Positions 36,071 to 44,651 of a DNA stretch of 64,000 nt are shown here, in pieces. How positions within the stretch are numbered: position 1 is the first letter of the stretch; each line of letters begins with the position of its first letter. A program made the translations under genes and the position numbers. The DNA comes from a virus, in IMG/VR virus record IMGVR_UViG_3300031758_000022, positions 39,023 through 103,022 of that record. One strand, given 5' to 3'. Below the pieces are notes generated by a model, which saw only the letters and a program-made list of their open reading frames with translations, was not told the origin of the DNA and searched no databases.

Positions 36071-36624
36071 GTCCTAGTTCTAGGGTTTATATTCCTGGTG
36101 AGATAGACACACTATCTTATGGGGAACTAGAAATAGTAACAGAAATAGAAGAAACCAGCTTAGTAGATACTAGAGCTGAGGTTGCTGCTATCTATAAGTC
36201 TCAGTTAGGAGTAAGAGAAAGGACTGGAAATAATGATGGTAAAGATGTAGAGAAATACCTTAAGTCAGTAGGTTTAGGTAAAGGATTTGCCTGGTGTGCT
36301 GCCTTTGTACATTGGTGTTTAGCAGAGGCTGGAGTAAAGAACTCCATTACAGCCTGGTCTCCAACAGCTCATAATAAAAAGAACATAGTATACTTTAACA
36401 ATAAATTTAAAAAGGATCCTCAGCAAGCTGATGTAATTACCTTATATTATAGTAGTAAAGGAAGAATTGGACACACCGGTTTCTTTGATCATATGCAGTC
36501 AGAAAACATGACTGTTAATTATGAGGGGAATACAAACAGGGGAAATTCAAATGAGGGTGACGGAGTTTACCTTACCTTTAGGCCGTTAAAAACATTATAC
36601 TCAATAACATCATGGATAGACTAA
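35989..36624 (+). CDS. CHAP-domain endolysin with lipoprotein signal
   Basis: WCAAFV...GHTG...EGNT; N-terminal AAIVALSILLVSC lipobox. Confidence 0.8.
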   Translation: MAKSNVYSNTAAIVALSILLVSCKPDLSPSSRVYIPGEIDTLSYGELEIVTEIEETSLVDTRAEVAAIYKSQLGVRERTGNNDGKDVEKYLKSVGLGKGFAWCAAFVHWCLAEAGVKNSITAWSPTAHNKKNIVYFNNKFKKDPQQADVITLYYSSKGRIGHTGFFDHMQSENMTVNYEGNTNRGNSNEGDGVYLTFRPLKTLYSITSWID

Positions 36625-36974
36625 TTAAAAATCTACACTGGGTGATAATCCTAATACTAGGGATTATAGCTGTAGTATTTTATGAGATAGCTGCCAATAA
36701 TAAGAAGGCATTACAAGAACAAATAGAGTTTAATAATGCAAAAGCTATTAGGGATAGCATTCTTGTAAGGCAAGTTATCCGGGCAAAAGATGATGCTGCT
36801 TTTAGATACAGAGACAGTTTAAGACAACAAAAGATTAACTACATAAAGCTCCAAAATGAAAAACAAAGAGTTAAGATTATTAGGGATATTAAGTATCTTC
36901 CTGCTGCTGATGACAGCACCAAAGATGACATTTGGCTCAACTCCTGGACAGCCGAAGACAGTCTTCTTTACTGA
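36612..36974 (+). CDS. Spanin-like inner-membrane protein
   Basis: N-terminal TM plus coiled coil, after the endolysin. Confidence 0.5.
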   Translation: MDRLIKNLHWVIILILGIIAVVFYEIAANNKKALQEQIEFNNAKAIRDSILVRQVIRAKDDAAFRYRDSLRQQKINYIKLQNEKQRVKIIRDIKYLPAADDSTKDDIWLNSWTAEDSLLY

Positions 36975-37419
36975 TACCATTGGTAATGGTTTTAGAGATA
37001 CTCTAGATATCCTACGCAGACCTCCTAAAAGATTGATTTATCAAAAAGAAAAGGGGGTGTTTCTTAATGAGCTTCAAGAGCAGATAACTCTGGAGAAACT
37101 CTTGTGGAAAGAAGTATACCGTCAGGATGCTGTGGCTATGTATTGGATTAACATTGCTCTTGAGGAAAGAATCAATGAGATAATTGCCCGTAATAAAAAG
37201 ATTGAGCAGGATTTAGCTAAAGCTGAAACTGAGGCTCTAAGGGCAACAGCAAACATGGAACATTACCGTGATCTCTACAAGAGCAATGAATCACAGAATG
37301 TAACTCTTAGACAAGACAATGCCAAACTCAAGATAAAACTCTGGGTATGGAAAGGTATAGGTATTACAGCTACGGGTGGCTTTGTTTATTTAGGTGTAAA
37401 ACAGTTGTTTTTCAAATAA
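36856..37419 (+). CDS. Spanin-like partner
   Basis: Overlaps the previous gene; signal peptide, coiled coil, C-terminal hydrophobic segment. Confidence 0.45.
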   Translation: MKNKELRLLGILSIFLLLMTAPKMTFGSTPGQPKTVFFTDTIGNGFRDTLDILRRPPKRLIYQKEKGVFLNELQEQITLEKLLWKEVYRQDAVAMYWINIALEERINEIIARNKKIEQDLAKAETEALRATANMEHYRDLYKSNESQNVTLRQDNAKLKIKLWVWKGIGITATGGFVYLGVKQLFFK

Positions 37420-37438
37420 ATTTTCTTATCTTATACAC

Positions 37439-37549
37439 ATGGGACTCGGCAATAATAACTATCAATCAGGATCTAAAAAGTCTAACTTTGCTTTTCAGTT
37501 AAAGGTACTACAGGCTTTACAAAGAATTCTTAATGCATTAGGAGGCTAA
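37439..37549 (+). CDS. 36-aa peptide duplicating the N-terminus of the next gene
   Basis: MGLGNNNYQSGSKKSNFAFQLKVLQALQRILNALGG versus MGLGNGNPNEGNKGSNFNFELKMLQGLEAIANALDGG. Confidence 0.7.
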   Translation: MGLGNNNYQSGSKKSNFAFQLKVLQALQRILNALGG

Positions 37550-37550
37550 T

Positions 37551-38117
37551 ATGGGACTAGGAAATGGTAACCCTAATGAAGGGAATAAAGGTTCAAATTT
37601 TAATTTTGAACTAAAGATGCTTCAAGGTCTTGAAGCAATTGCTAATGCCTTAGATGGAGGTAGTGGTGGAGGATCAGGTGATCCTGCACTTAATCCTGGA
37701 CCTGCTTTTTCAAGTGGAGTCTTTAGTGCAGATGATATCATCACTTTTTCTGATGTAGATATTAATCTTAATACTTCCTGGGGTACATATCAGAAGATTG
37801 GTAATATAGTTTCAACAGACATTAATATAGATGTTACTGGAATAACTGATACTACTGGTAGCATATATATAGCTCTTCCAGTTACTGTTGTAGGAGATAT
37901 TACATCTGGTTCAAAATATGTTACTGGTACAATGAATGTATCCACTAAAATTGGACAGTTATTAAATACCTATGACTTTGAAGCCATTTCTGAGACAGCT
38001 GTAGCATTTAATTATGCATTTAGTGTTGTCACATCAGCAACAGTTATTAGGTTGTGCATAACCTACGTCTATAATACTAATATTGCAAATCTTGTGGATG
38101 CACCAATTGCTTTATAA
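37551..38117 (+). CDS. Fibre-like protein with beta-sandwich head
   Basis: N-terminal helix, Gly linker, G.Y.KIGNIV...I.LP head motif. Confidence 0.6.
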   Translation: MGLGNGNPNEGNKGSNFNFELKMLQGLEAIANALDGGSGGGSGDPALNPGPAFSSGVFSADDIITFSDVDINLNTSWGTYQKIGNIVSTDINIDVTGITDTTGSIYIALPVTVVGDITSGSKYVTGTMNVSTKIGQLLNTYDFEAISETAVAFNYAFSVVTSATVIRLCITYVYNTNIANLVDAPIAL

Positions 38118-38123
38118 TGCTCT

Positions 38124-38492
38124 ATGGAAATAACCTCTCTAACTTTCAATATAAAAGATGTGATAACTATAGTTGTGGGTATTGCTTCTTTCCTTGGTTT
38201 CTATTATGCTCTAAAACGAGAGCTGGAAAAAGTCAGCACAAAAGCTGATATGATAGAAGAAAAACATAAAGAAGATCACCAAATTGTAATGCAAGCCATG
38301 AAAGATCACAAAGAAGAAACTGATAAGAAGGAAGACATGGTTTATAAACGTATCAGTGAGATACGTGAAGAGGTTAAAGATGCACATGGCAAACTAGAAG
38401 TAAAAATTGATGCTATAGTAGGTAGTCTCTCTACAATGAGTGCTAATCTATCTGAGCTTACAGGATATATAAAAGCTAAGAAAGAAAATTAA
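38124..38492 (+). CDS. Membrane protein with coiled coil (holin-like?)
   Basis: One TM plus long heptad region. Confidence 0.55.
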   Translation: MEITSLTFNIKDVITIVVGIASFLGFYYALKRELEKVSTKADMIEEKHKEDHQIVMQAMKDHKEETDKKEDMVYKRISEIREEVKDAHGKLEVKIDAIVGSLSTMSANLSELTGYIKAKKEN

Positions 38493-38539
38493 TACAGCTG
38501 TTTCTCTGCTGTTTTGTTGATTGTTGATTTGTTAGTAGG

Positions 38540-38569
38540 AAACCTGAGAGAAATCTCAGGTTTTCTTTT
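38540..38569 (+). terminator. Intrinsic terminator
   Basis: AAACCTGAGA-GAAA-TCTCAGGTTT plus T-rich tail. Confidence 0.75.
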
Positions 38570-38588
38570 GAATAAAATAAAGTTAACT

Positions 38589-38619
38589 TTTGGAAGTTTA
38601 AACTTTTGTAGTATATTTG
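38589..38619 (+). promoter_or_regulatory. Bacteroidota housekeeping-type promoter
   Basis: TTTG-19 nt-TATATTTG upstream of the ATG at 38643. Confidence 0.7.
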
Positions 38620-38642
38620 AACATAATTTAAAAATCAACAGA

Positions 38643-38906
38643 ATGGAAAATGCACAAGATCCTGGTTTTTCTCAGGAAGAAATGAATGCAAGAAAACAAG
38701 AAATGCTTGAATTTTACAAAGAGCAGATTGATTTTCTTGAAGTTCAAGTAAAATTTGAAACTCTTACTGCTGAGATTGAGGAGCAAAGACTCAAGCGTAT
38801 AGTAGCAATGGTAAGACAAGCTCAGATTCAAAGTCCTCCTGAAGAACATGAACCTGGTGAAAAACCTGAAGAAGGTAAAAAAAGAACTCTACGTAAAGAG
38901 GCCTAA
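38643..38906 (+). CDS. Hypothetical coiled-coil protein
   Basis: Start MENAQD (the upstream extension crosses a terminator and promoter). Confidence 0.65.
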   Translation: MENAQDPGFSQEEMNARKQEMLEFYKEQIDFLEVQVKFETLTAEIEEQRLKRIVAMVRQAQIQSPPEEHEPGEKPEEGKKRTLRKEA

Positions 38907-38930
38907 CTCTTAATTGCTAAACCAACACAC

Positions 38931-39302
38931 ATGGCAATTGTAAATCAAGTACAGAAAAAAATAAGAATGGAAGTCTGGGATATTACTAAGTTCCAGCTGG
39001 CTATTCATTGTCATCTACATGACATATCTATTTCTAGCCTTGATCTTAATTGTTTAACTTTATTAGCCCTTTACGGAGAGAAAGAACTTACAGAGTTTTG
39101 TGAGGCTGCTGTTGAAAAGAAAATTTTCGGCAGCAGCCAATCTGTAAGGAATGCTCTAGCTAAAGCAGAAAAAAGAAAGCTTATTGTAAAACAGGGAAGG
39201 AGTAAGAAGAAGATCCAGATTAATCCTGAGATAAGGATTCAAACCAATGGTAACATACTCCTTGACTATAAAATTGTAAGAATTGAATCCAAAAAAGATT
39301 AA
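38931..39302 (+). CDS. Putative winged-helix DNA-binding protein
   Basis: S.QSVRNAL.KAEKR.LIVK pattern. Confidence 0.55.
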   Translation: MAIVNQVQKKIRMEVWDITKFQLAIHCHLHDISISSLDLNCLTLLALYGEKELTEFCEAAVEKKIFGSSQSVRNALAKAEKRKLIVKQGRSKKKIQINPEIRIQTNGNILLDYKIVRIESKKD

Positions 39303-39684
39303 ACCTTTTCTTAAATCTGTAAGTGAAGATTTAGATGTGGATCAAAGTCTTGTTATAGATATCTATGAGTTTTACTGGAGTAATGTCCGTAAAAGTTTAA
39401 CTACAGTACCTTATCCTAGAATAAACATTGAAAATTTAGGAGTGTTTGAAGTTAAACTTAAAACTTTAGATCTTACAATACAAAAGTACAAAGCTTATTT
39501 AAACAAACTGGATGCTGCTAATTTCTCTAAATATCCTAAGTATGAAAATGCTAAAAAAAGATTGGATGTTTTAGAGGCTACAAAAGAGATACTGCTAGAA
39601 GAAAGAGAAAGAAAAAAACAAATTAAAATATCAAGACATGGGAACACTACTGGAGATATGGAAGAAAAAGGGGGAGATTCTTGA
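39283..39684 (+). CDS. HU/IHF-like DNA-binding protein
   Basis: Helical N-terminus then RINIENLGVFEVK (HU-like GxF). Confidence 0.55.
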   Translation: MNPKKIKPFLKSVSEDLDVDQSLVIDIYEFYWSNVRKSLTTVPYPRINIENLGVFEVKLKTLDLTIQKYKAYLNKLDAANFSKYPKYENAKKRLDVLEATKEILLEERERKKQIKISRHGNTTGDMEEKGGDS

Positions 39685-39955
39685 GGGAATCAAGAACTCT
39701 GTCTTTAAAACAGAACATGTTGAGGAGGTAGCTGCAGCAAGAAATGCTATTTGTCAATCATGTGACCTTATAGATAGAACTGGTGATGAATGTGTAATGC
39801 CCGGTACACAGCCATGCTGTGGTGTATGCGGGTGTTCTTTACAGTTTTTACAAAGATCTCTGTCCTCAAAATGTGAGGAAGGTAAATGGGATGCTATACT
39901 TACTGATGAAGAGGCTGATGCATTAGATAACCATTTAAATCCAAATGAAGAATGA
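39638..39955 (+). CDS. Zn-binding Cys-rich protein
   Basis: R..IC..C...CGVCGC.L......C..GKW. Confidence 0.6.
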   Translation: MGTLLEIWKKKGEILEGIKNSVFKTEHVEEVAAARNAICQSCDLIDRTGDECVMPGTQPCCGVCGCSLQFLQRSLSSKCEEGKWDAILTDEEADALDNHLNPNEE

Positions 39956-40161
39956 GCTGGCAAGTATGTCCCCTATGTAAGGGTGAAGGTTTTATCCATA
40001 ATGAATTAAGCGATCATGACATGGGATTTTTTGTTCCAGGTGGTGGAGTAAGATTTACTAAGGATTTTGACTGCACAGTGTGCAATGGTAAAAAAATAAT
40101 TTCAGAAGTTACAGGGCTTCCTCCTCATTCTAATAGTAATGTTGATGCCCTAGAACTTTAA
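39952..40161 (+). CDS. DnaJ-type zinc-finger protein
   Basis: CPLCKGEG and CTVCNGKK. Confidence 0.6.
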   Translation: MSWQVCPLCKGEGFIHNELSDHDMGFFVPGGGVRFTKDFDCTVCNGKKIISEVTGLPPHSNSNVDALEL

Positions 40162-40178
40162 TAAAACAAATACAACAA

Positions 40179-41000
40179 ATGTCAGTACTATTTTTACCTC
40201 AAGAACATAAATACATAAGTATTGATCCAAATGAAAAGATAGAGTGGACTAGTGTTACTACTGTTATTTCTAAGTTCAAAGAGCCTTTTGATGCTGATAG
40301 AATTGCTATAAGCTCTTCTAAAAATAAGAAAGGTAAATGGTATGGTATGTCACCAGAAGATATTAAAAATGCTTGGAAAGCAGAAGCTGATAGAGCTATT
40401 ACTTTAGGTACATGGTATCATAATCAAAGAGAAGCAGATGTCCTAGAATGTGATACAATTACACGGGATGAGTGTAAACTTAAAGTAGTTAAACCTGTAG
40501 AAGTTAATGGTGTTAAACAAGCACCTATACAAAAGCTAGAGAATGGTGTTTATCCTGAGCACTTTGTTTATCTTAAATCTGCAGGCATCTGCGGGCAATC
40601 AGATAGAGTAGAAGTAGTTAATGGTAGGGTAGACATCTATGACTATAAGACTAATAAAGAAATTAAAAAAGAGTCTTATGTAAACTGGGAAGGTGTTTCT
40701 AAAAAGATGCTGGCCCCTGTTAGTCACCTAGATGATTGTAACTACTGGCACTATACTCTTCAACTTAGCTTGTATATGTATATGATTATCAAGCATAATC
40801 CCAAGCTTAAGCCTGGCAAACTTGTTTTAGATCATGTAATATTTGAAGATGATGGTCTAGATAAATCAGGTAAAAAAATTCATAGGTTAGATATAGATGG
40901 TCATCCTATTATAAAAGAAATAGTAAGATATGACTTACCTTATCTAAAAGCAGAAGTAATTGCTATTATTAATCATTTAAAAGAAAATGTTACAGCTTAA
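40179..41000 (+). CDS. PD-(D/E)xK exonuclease
   Basis: SVTT, GT..H, E, GQSD, DYKT, Y.LQLSLY. Confidence 0.8.
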   Translation: MSVLFLPQEHKYISIDPNEKIEWTSVTTVISKFKEPFDADRIAISSSKNKKGKWYGMSPEDIKNAWKAEADRAITLGTWYHNQREADVLECDTITRDECKLKVVKPVEVNGVKQAPIQKLENGVYPEHFVYLKSAGICGQSDRVEVVNGRVDIYDYKTNKEIKKESYVNWEGVSKKMLAPVSHLDDCNYWHYTLQLSLYMYMIIKHNPKLKPGKLVLDHVIFEDDGLDKSGKKIHRLDIDGHPIIKEIVRYDLPYLKAEVIAIINHLKENVTA

Positions 41001-41178
41001 TCCTATGATCCCTATAAAAAGGGTTTCTGATGGTCTTGAGGGCTATGCTTTTCTTGTAATTGATTATTCTCAAGAACATGATTTGTTATTTACATGTGCT
41101 ATGGATGATGGAGAAATATGGACGCTAAATAACAAAGAGATAAGATTTTGTAAAAATATTAGCCTTGAAAGAAAATGA
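40987..41178 (+). CDS. Hypothetical protein
   Basis: MLQLNP.IP...G.A.LVIDYSQEHDL...GEIW pattern seen in phage proteins. Confidence 0.6.
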   Translation: MLQLNPMIPIKRVSDGLEGYAFLVIDYSQEHDLLFTCAMDDGEIWTLNNKEIRFCKNISLERK

Positions 41179-41693
41179 TTGTAAAACTGTTTGATATAGC
41201 CAATGGTGTAGTGATTCCTACGGAACATTGCTACACTCTTGTGTCACTAAAAAACATAATGGATGAGTATCCTGATGATTATTTAAAGATTTATCAGTAC
41301 TTGTTCTATATGACCTGTCCTAATCCGGATATTAATCCTTTCTTTAATACCTCTGAGATAGACAAAGAAGAGATTATTCTAAATGAGATTCAAGCTGAGT
41401 TTTCAACTGAAGATCCTCCTATACAAGTGGCCCTAGAATTTTGTGCAAGAATGTATGAAACTCCTACATTTAGAGCTTATAAAGGTATAAAGCAAATGCT
41501 AGATAAGCTTGCTACGTACATGGAAACAACAACAATAACACATGGTAGAGATGGAAACATTAACTCACTTGTTGCAGCAGCAGCAAAATTCCAGCAGATC
41601 AGGGACTCTTACAAAGGCGCGTACAAAGATCTCCAAGAAGAGCAAAAAAGTCAAGTCAGAGGTGGAGCAGGACTTGCCTATGACCAAACTTAA
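41175..41693 (+). CDS. Conserved protein near terminase (possible small subunit)
   Basis: Helical, C-terminal VRGG...AYD; position. Confidence 0.5.
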   Translation: MIVKLFDIANGVVIPTEHCYTLVSLKNIMDEYPDDYLKIYQYLFYMTCPNPDINPFFNTSEIDKEEIILNEIQAEFSTEDPPIQVALEFCARMYETPTFRAYKGIKQMLDKLATYMETTTITHGRDGNINSLVAAAAKFQQIRDSYKGAYKDLQEEQKSQVRGGAGLAYDQT

Positions 41694-41778
41694 TTATGAA
41701 TAGAGTGTTTCATGAAATGTGAAACAAATGGTTTTATTTCACTAAATGTGATATATCTTTATGATATAACTTTCTCAT

Positions 41779-42441
41779 ATGGCAAAATCTAACGTTGAAA
41801 AAACACCACCCAAAGGAGACATTAAGTTTTCTATTACTCTTTCTGAAGAACAGAAGCTTGCTAAAGAACTTATTATTGTTAAACCCTATAACTTTATTTT
41901 TGGTTCTGCTGGTAGTGGTAAGACATTACTAGCTGTTCAGATAGCTCTGGACTTTTATTTTAAAAGAAAAACCAATAAAATTGTTATTACAAGACCTACA
42001 GTATCTACTGAAGATAATGGGTTTTTACCAGGAACAGAAAAAGAAAAGATGGAACCTTGGCTTGTTCCAATCAAATCTAACATGAGAAAAGTCTATGATA
42101 AGCCAGAGATATTAACTAAGATGGAAGAAAATGAAAACATAGAGCTTGTTTCATTAAGCCATTTTAGAGGAAGAACCTTTGATGACTGTGTTTGTATTGT
42201 GGATGAATTTCAGAACCTTACAAAGTCTCAGTTACAGATGTGTATAGGAAGACTTGGAAAAGGTTCTATGATGATTTTTACAGGTGATCCAAATCAAATA
42301 GATTTGAAATACAAGGATCAATCTGCAATACATGATGTAGCTAAGCTAGAAAAATCACAATGGGTTAATAAAATAGTACTTCTTGAAAATCATAGACATG
42401 AAGCTTTGAATGATGTATTAAAACTATTGAATGACTACTGA
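41779..42441 (+). CDS. phoH: PhoH family ATPase
   Basis: GSAGSGKT, GFLPG...EK, RGRTF, DEFQN, GDP.QID. Confidence 0.9.
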   Translation: MAKSNVEKTPPKGDIKFSITLSEEQKLAKELIIVKPYNFIFGSAGSGKTLLAVQIALDFYFKRKTNKIVITRPTVSTEDNGFLPGTEKEKMEPWLVPIKSNMRKVYDKPEILTKMEENENIELVSLSHFRGRTFDDCVCIVDEFQNLTKSQLQMCIGRLGKGSMMIFTGDPNQIDLKYKDQSAIHDVAKLEKSQWVNKIVLLENHRHEALNDVLKLLNDY

Positions 42442-44650
42442 ACTATACCAACATATTCCTACATATAAAAATGGTGAGTGGAGTTATACTGACTTTGAGA
42501 GTCGGGAAGACTTTGCAACCTTTATAAAATCTATTTTTAAAGAGCCTGGAAAGTATAACTTTAATGAAACTTCCCGTTTATTTAATGAACAAGCTAGGCT
42601 TTTTAATGTCAATAACTTCTATTGTTTAGCACCTCAAGGCACTAAAGACTACATAAAGTATTGGGATACAGAAAAAGAAAAGTGTAGAAAGGGAGTACTT
42701 TATCATGATGGTAATGAGACCTGGTATCTTACTAGAGACTATTATATGTGGCTGAATTTCCTACCAATCTTTAACAAGGAGATTCAGAAGTTTGGTTTTG
42801 CAGATGTAAGGGATGCTCAGTACCACATGGCTCTTTATGAGATTTTAGCAGAGCTTAACTATAGACATGCTGCTATTCTTAAAAAACGTCAGATTGCTAG
42901 TTCATATTTCCATTGTGGTAAACTTATAAATCAGATATGGTTTGAAGAGGGTATTACCTTGAAGATGGGAGCTAGTCTAAAAGACTTTGTTAATGAAAAA
43001 GGTAGTTGGAAGTTTCTTGCAGAATATGAAGCTTTCTTAAATAAACATACAGCTTGGTACCGTCCTATGAATCCAAACAAAGCAATGTTCTGGCAACAGA
43101 AGATTGAGATTGTTAATTATATAGGCGGCCAGAAAAGAAAGTCAGAAGTAGGTCTTAAGGGTGTACTTCAAGCTATTTCCTTTGATAAGAGTCCTACAAA
43201 TGCTGTCGGTGGTCCTACCAAGTACTTCTTCTATGAAGAGGCTGGTATTGCCCCTACTATGAATCAGACCTATGAGTATCTAAGACCTGCCATGAGATCA
43301 GGTATGATTACTACTGGTACTTTTATAGCAGCTGGTTCTGTGGGTGATCTTAGTCAATGTGAGCCATTAAAAAGACTAATCCTTAGTCCTGATGCTAATG
43401 GTATATATTCTGTAGAGACTAACCTGATAGATAAAAATAACACTATAGGAATGAGTGGTCTATTCATTCCTGAGCAGTGGTCTATGCCACCATATGTAGA
43501 TAAGTATGGTAATTCTAAAGTTGAGGAAGCTTTAGCAGCATTAGATGAACAATTTGCCCAATGGAAAAAAGATCTTAATCCTCAAGAGTATCAGCTCCGT
43601 ATTTCTCAGCACCCTAGAAACATTGAAGAAGCTTTTGCTTTTAGATCTGTATCATTGTTTCCTCCACATCTTGTTTCTGCCCAGAACCAAAGGATTGAAG
43701 AAAAAGCCTATCCTTATGAGTTTCTAAGTATTGGTAGAGATGCTAGAGGAGAGGTGGTTGTAGAGCCTACAAACAAACTTCCTATAATGGAATTTCCAGT
43801 AACTAAGAATACTGAAGATAAAACAGGCACCTTGGTAGTATGGGAGAGACCAGAAAAAGATCCAGAATTTGGAACCTACTATGCATCTATTGACCCTGTG
43901 TCAGAAGGAAAGACTACTACTTCTGACTCTTTATGTTCTATATATGTCTATAAAACAGCAGTAGAAGTTACTAAAAATAATGGTTCTGAGATAACTACTT
44001 ATATAGAACAGGATAAAATTGTAGCTGCTTGGTGTGGCCGCTTTGATGATATCAATAAAACACATGAGAGATTGTCTCTAATAATAGAGTGGTATAATGC
44101 ATGGACTATTGTAGAAAATAACGTTTCTTTGTTTATCCAATACATGATAGCTCAGCGCAAGCAAAAGTATCTTGTACCAAGAACTCAGATAATGTTCTTA
44201 AAAGACATTGGTGCTAATGCTAGTGTATACCAAGAGTATGGATGGAGAAACACCGGCACATTGTTTAAAGCTCACATGCTTAGTTATGCTATTGCCTTTT
44301 TAGAAGAAGAACTAGATCATGAAGTTACTGATGATGGTAAGATTGTAAGAACAAAGTATGGTGTAGAAAGAATCCCGGACCCTATGCTTTTAAAAGAAAT
44401 GCTTGAGTATAGAGATGGAGTCAACGTGGATAGACTTGTATCCTTTGCCGCTTTAATTGCTTTTGCTAAAGTTCAACAGGCAAATAGAGGTTATAAAAAG
44501 AAGTATGAAGAAACAGATCAAGCTAAAAACTTGAATAGTAACAAAAAATTTAGTAAATTGACTATAAGTCCTTTCCGACACATGGGAGGAGGAAATAGTA
44601 GTACCTTAGGTAAAAATTTGAAGAGAAATCCTTTTAAAAATTTGAGATAA
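42431..44650 (+). CDS. terL: Terminase large subunit
   Basis: LKKRQIASS Walker A region, EEAG Walker B, nuclease IDP, ENN, DR. Confidence 0.85.
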   Translation: MTTELYQHIPTYKNGEWSYTDFESREDFATFIKSIFKEPGKYNFNETSRLFNEQARLFNVNNFYCLAPQGTKDYIKYWDTEKEKCRKGVLYHDGNETWYLTRDYYMWLNFLPIFNKEIQKFGFADVRDAQYHMALYEILAELNYRHAAILKKRQIASSYFHCGKLINQIWFEEGITLKMGASLKDFVNEKGSWKFLAEYEAFLNKHTAWYRPMNPNKAMFWQQKIEIVNYIGGQKRKSEVGLKGVLQAISFDKSPTNAVGGPTKYFFYEEAGIAPTMNQTYEYLRPAMRSGMITTGTFIAAGSVGDLSQCEPLKRLILSPDANGIYSVETNLIDKNNTIGMSGLFIPEQWSMPPYVDKYGNSKVEEALAALDEQFAQWKKDLNPQEYQLRISQHPRNIEEAFAFRSVSLFPPHLVSAQNQRIEEKAYPYEFLSIGRDARGEVVVEPTNKLPIMEFPVTKNTEDKTGTLVVWERPEKDPEFGTYYASIDPVSEGKTTTSDSLCSIYVYKTAVEVTKNNGSEITTYIEQDKIVAAWCGRFDDINKTHERLSLIIEWYNAWTIVENNVSLFIQYMIAQRKQKYLVPRTQIMFLKDIGANASVYQEYGWRNTGTLFKAHMLSYAIAFLEEELDHEVTDDGKIVRTKYGVERIPDPMLLKEMLEYRDGVNVDRLVSFAALIAFAKVQQANRGYKKKYEETDQAKNLNSNKKFSKLTISPFRHMGGGNSSTLGKNLKRNPFKNLR

Positions 44651-44651
44651 A

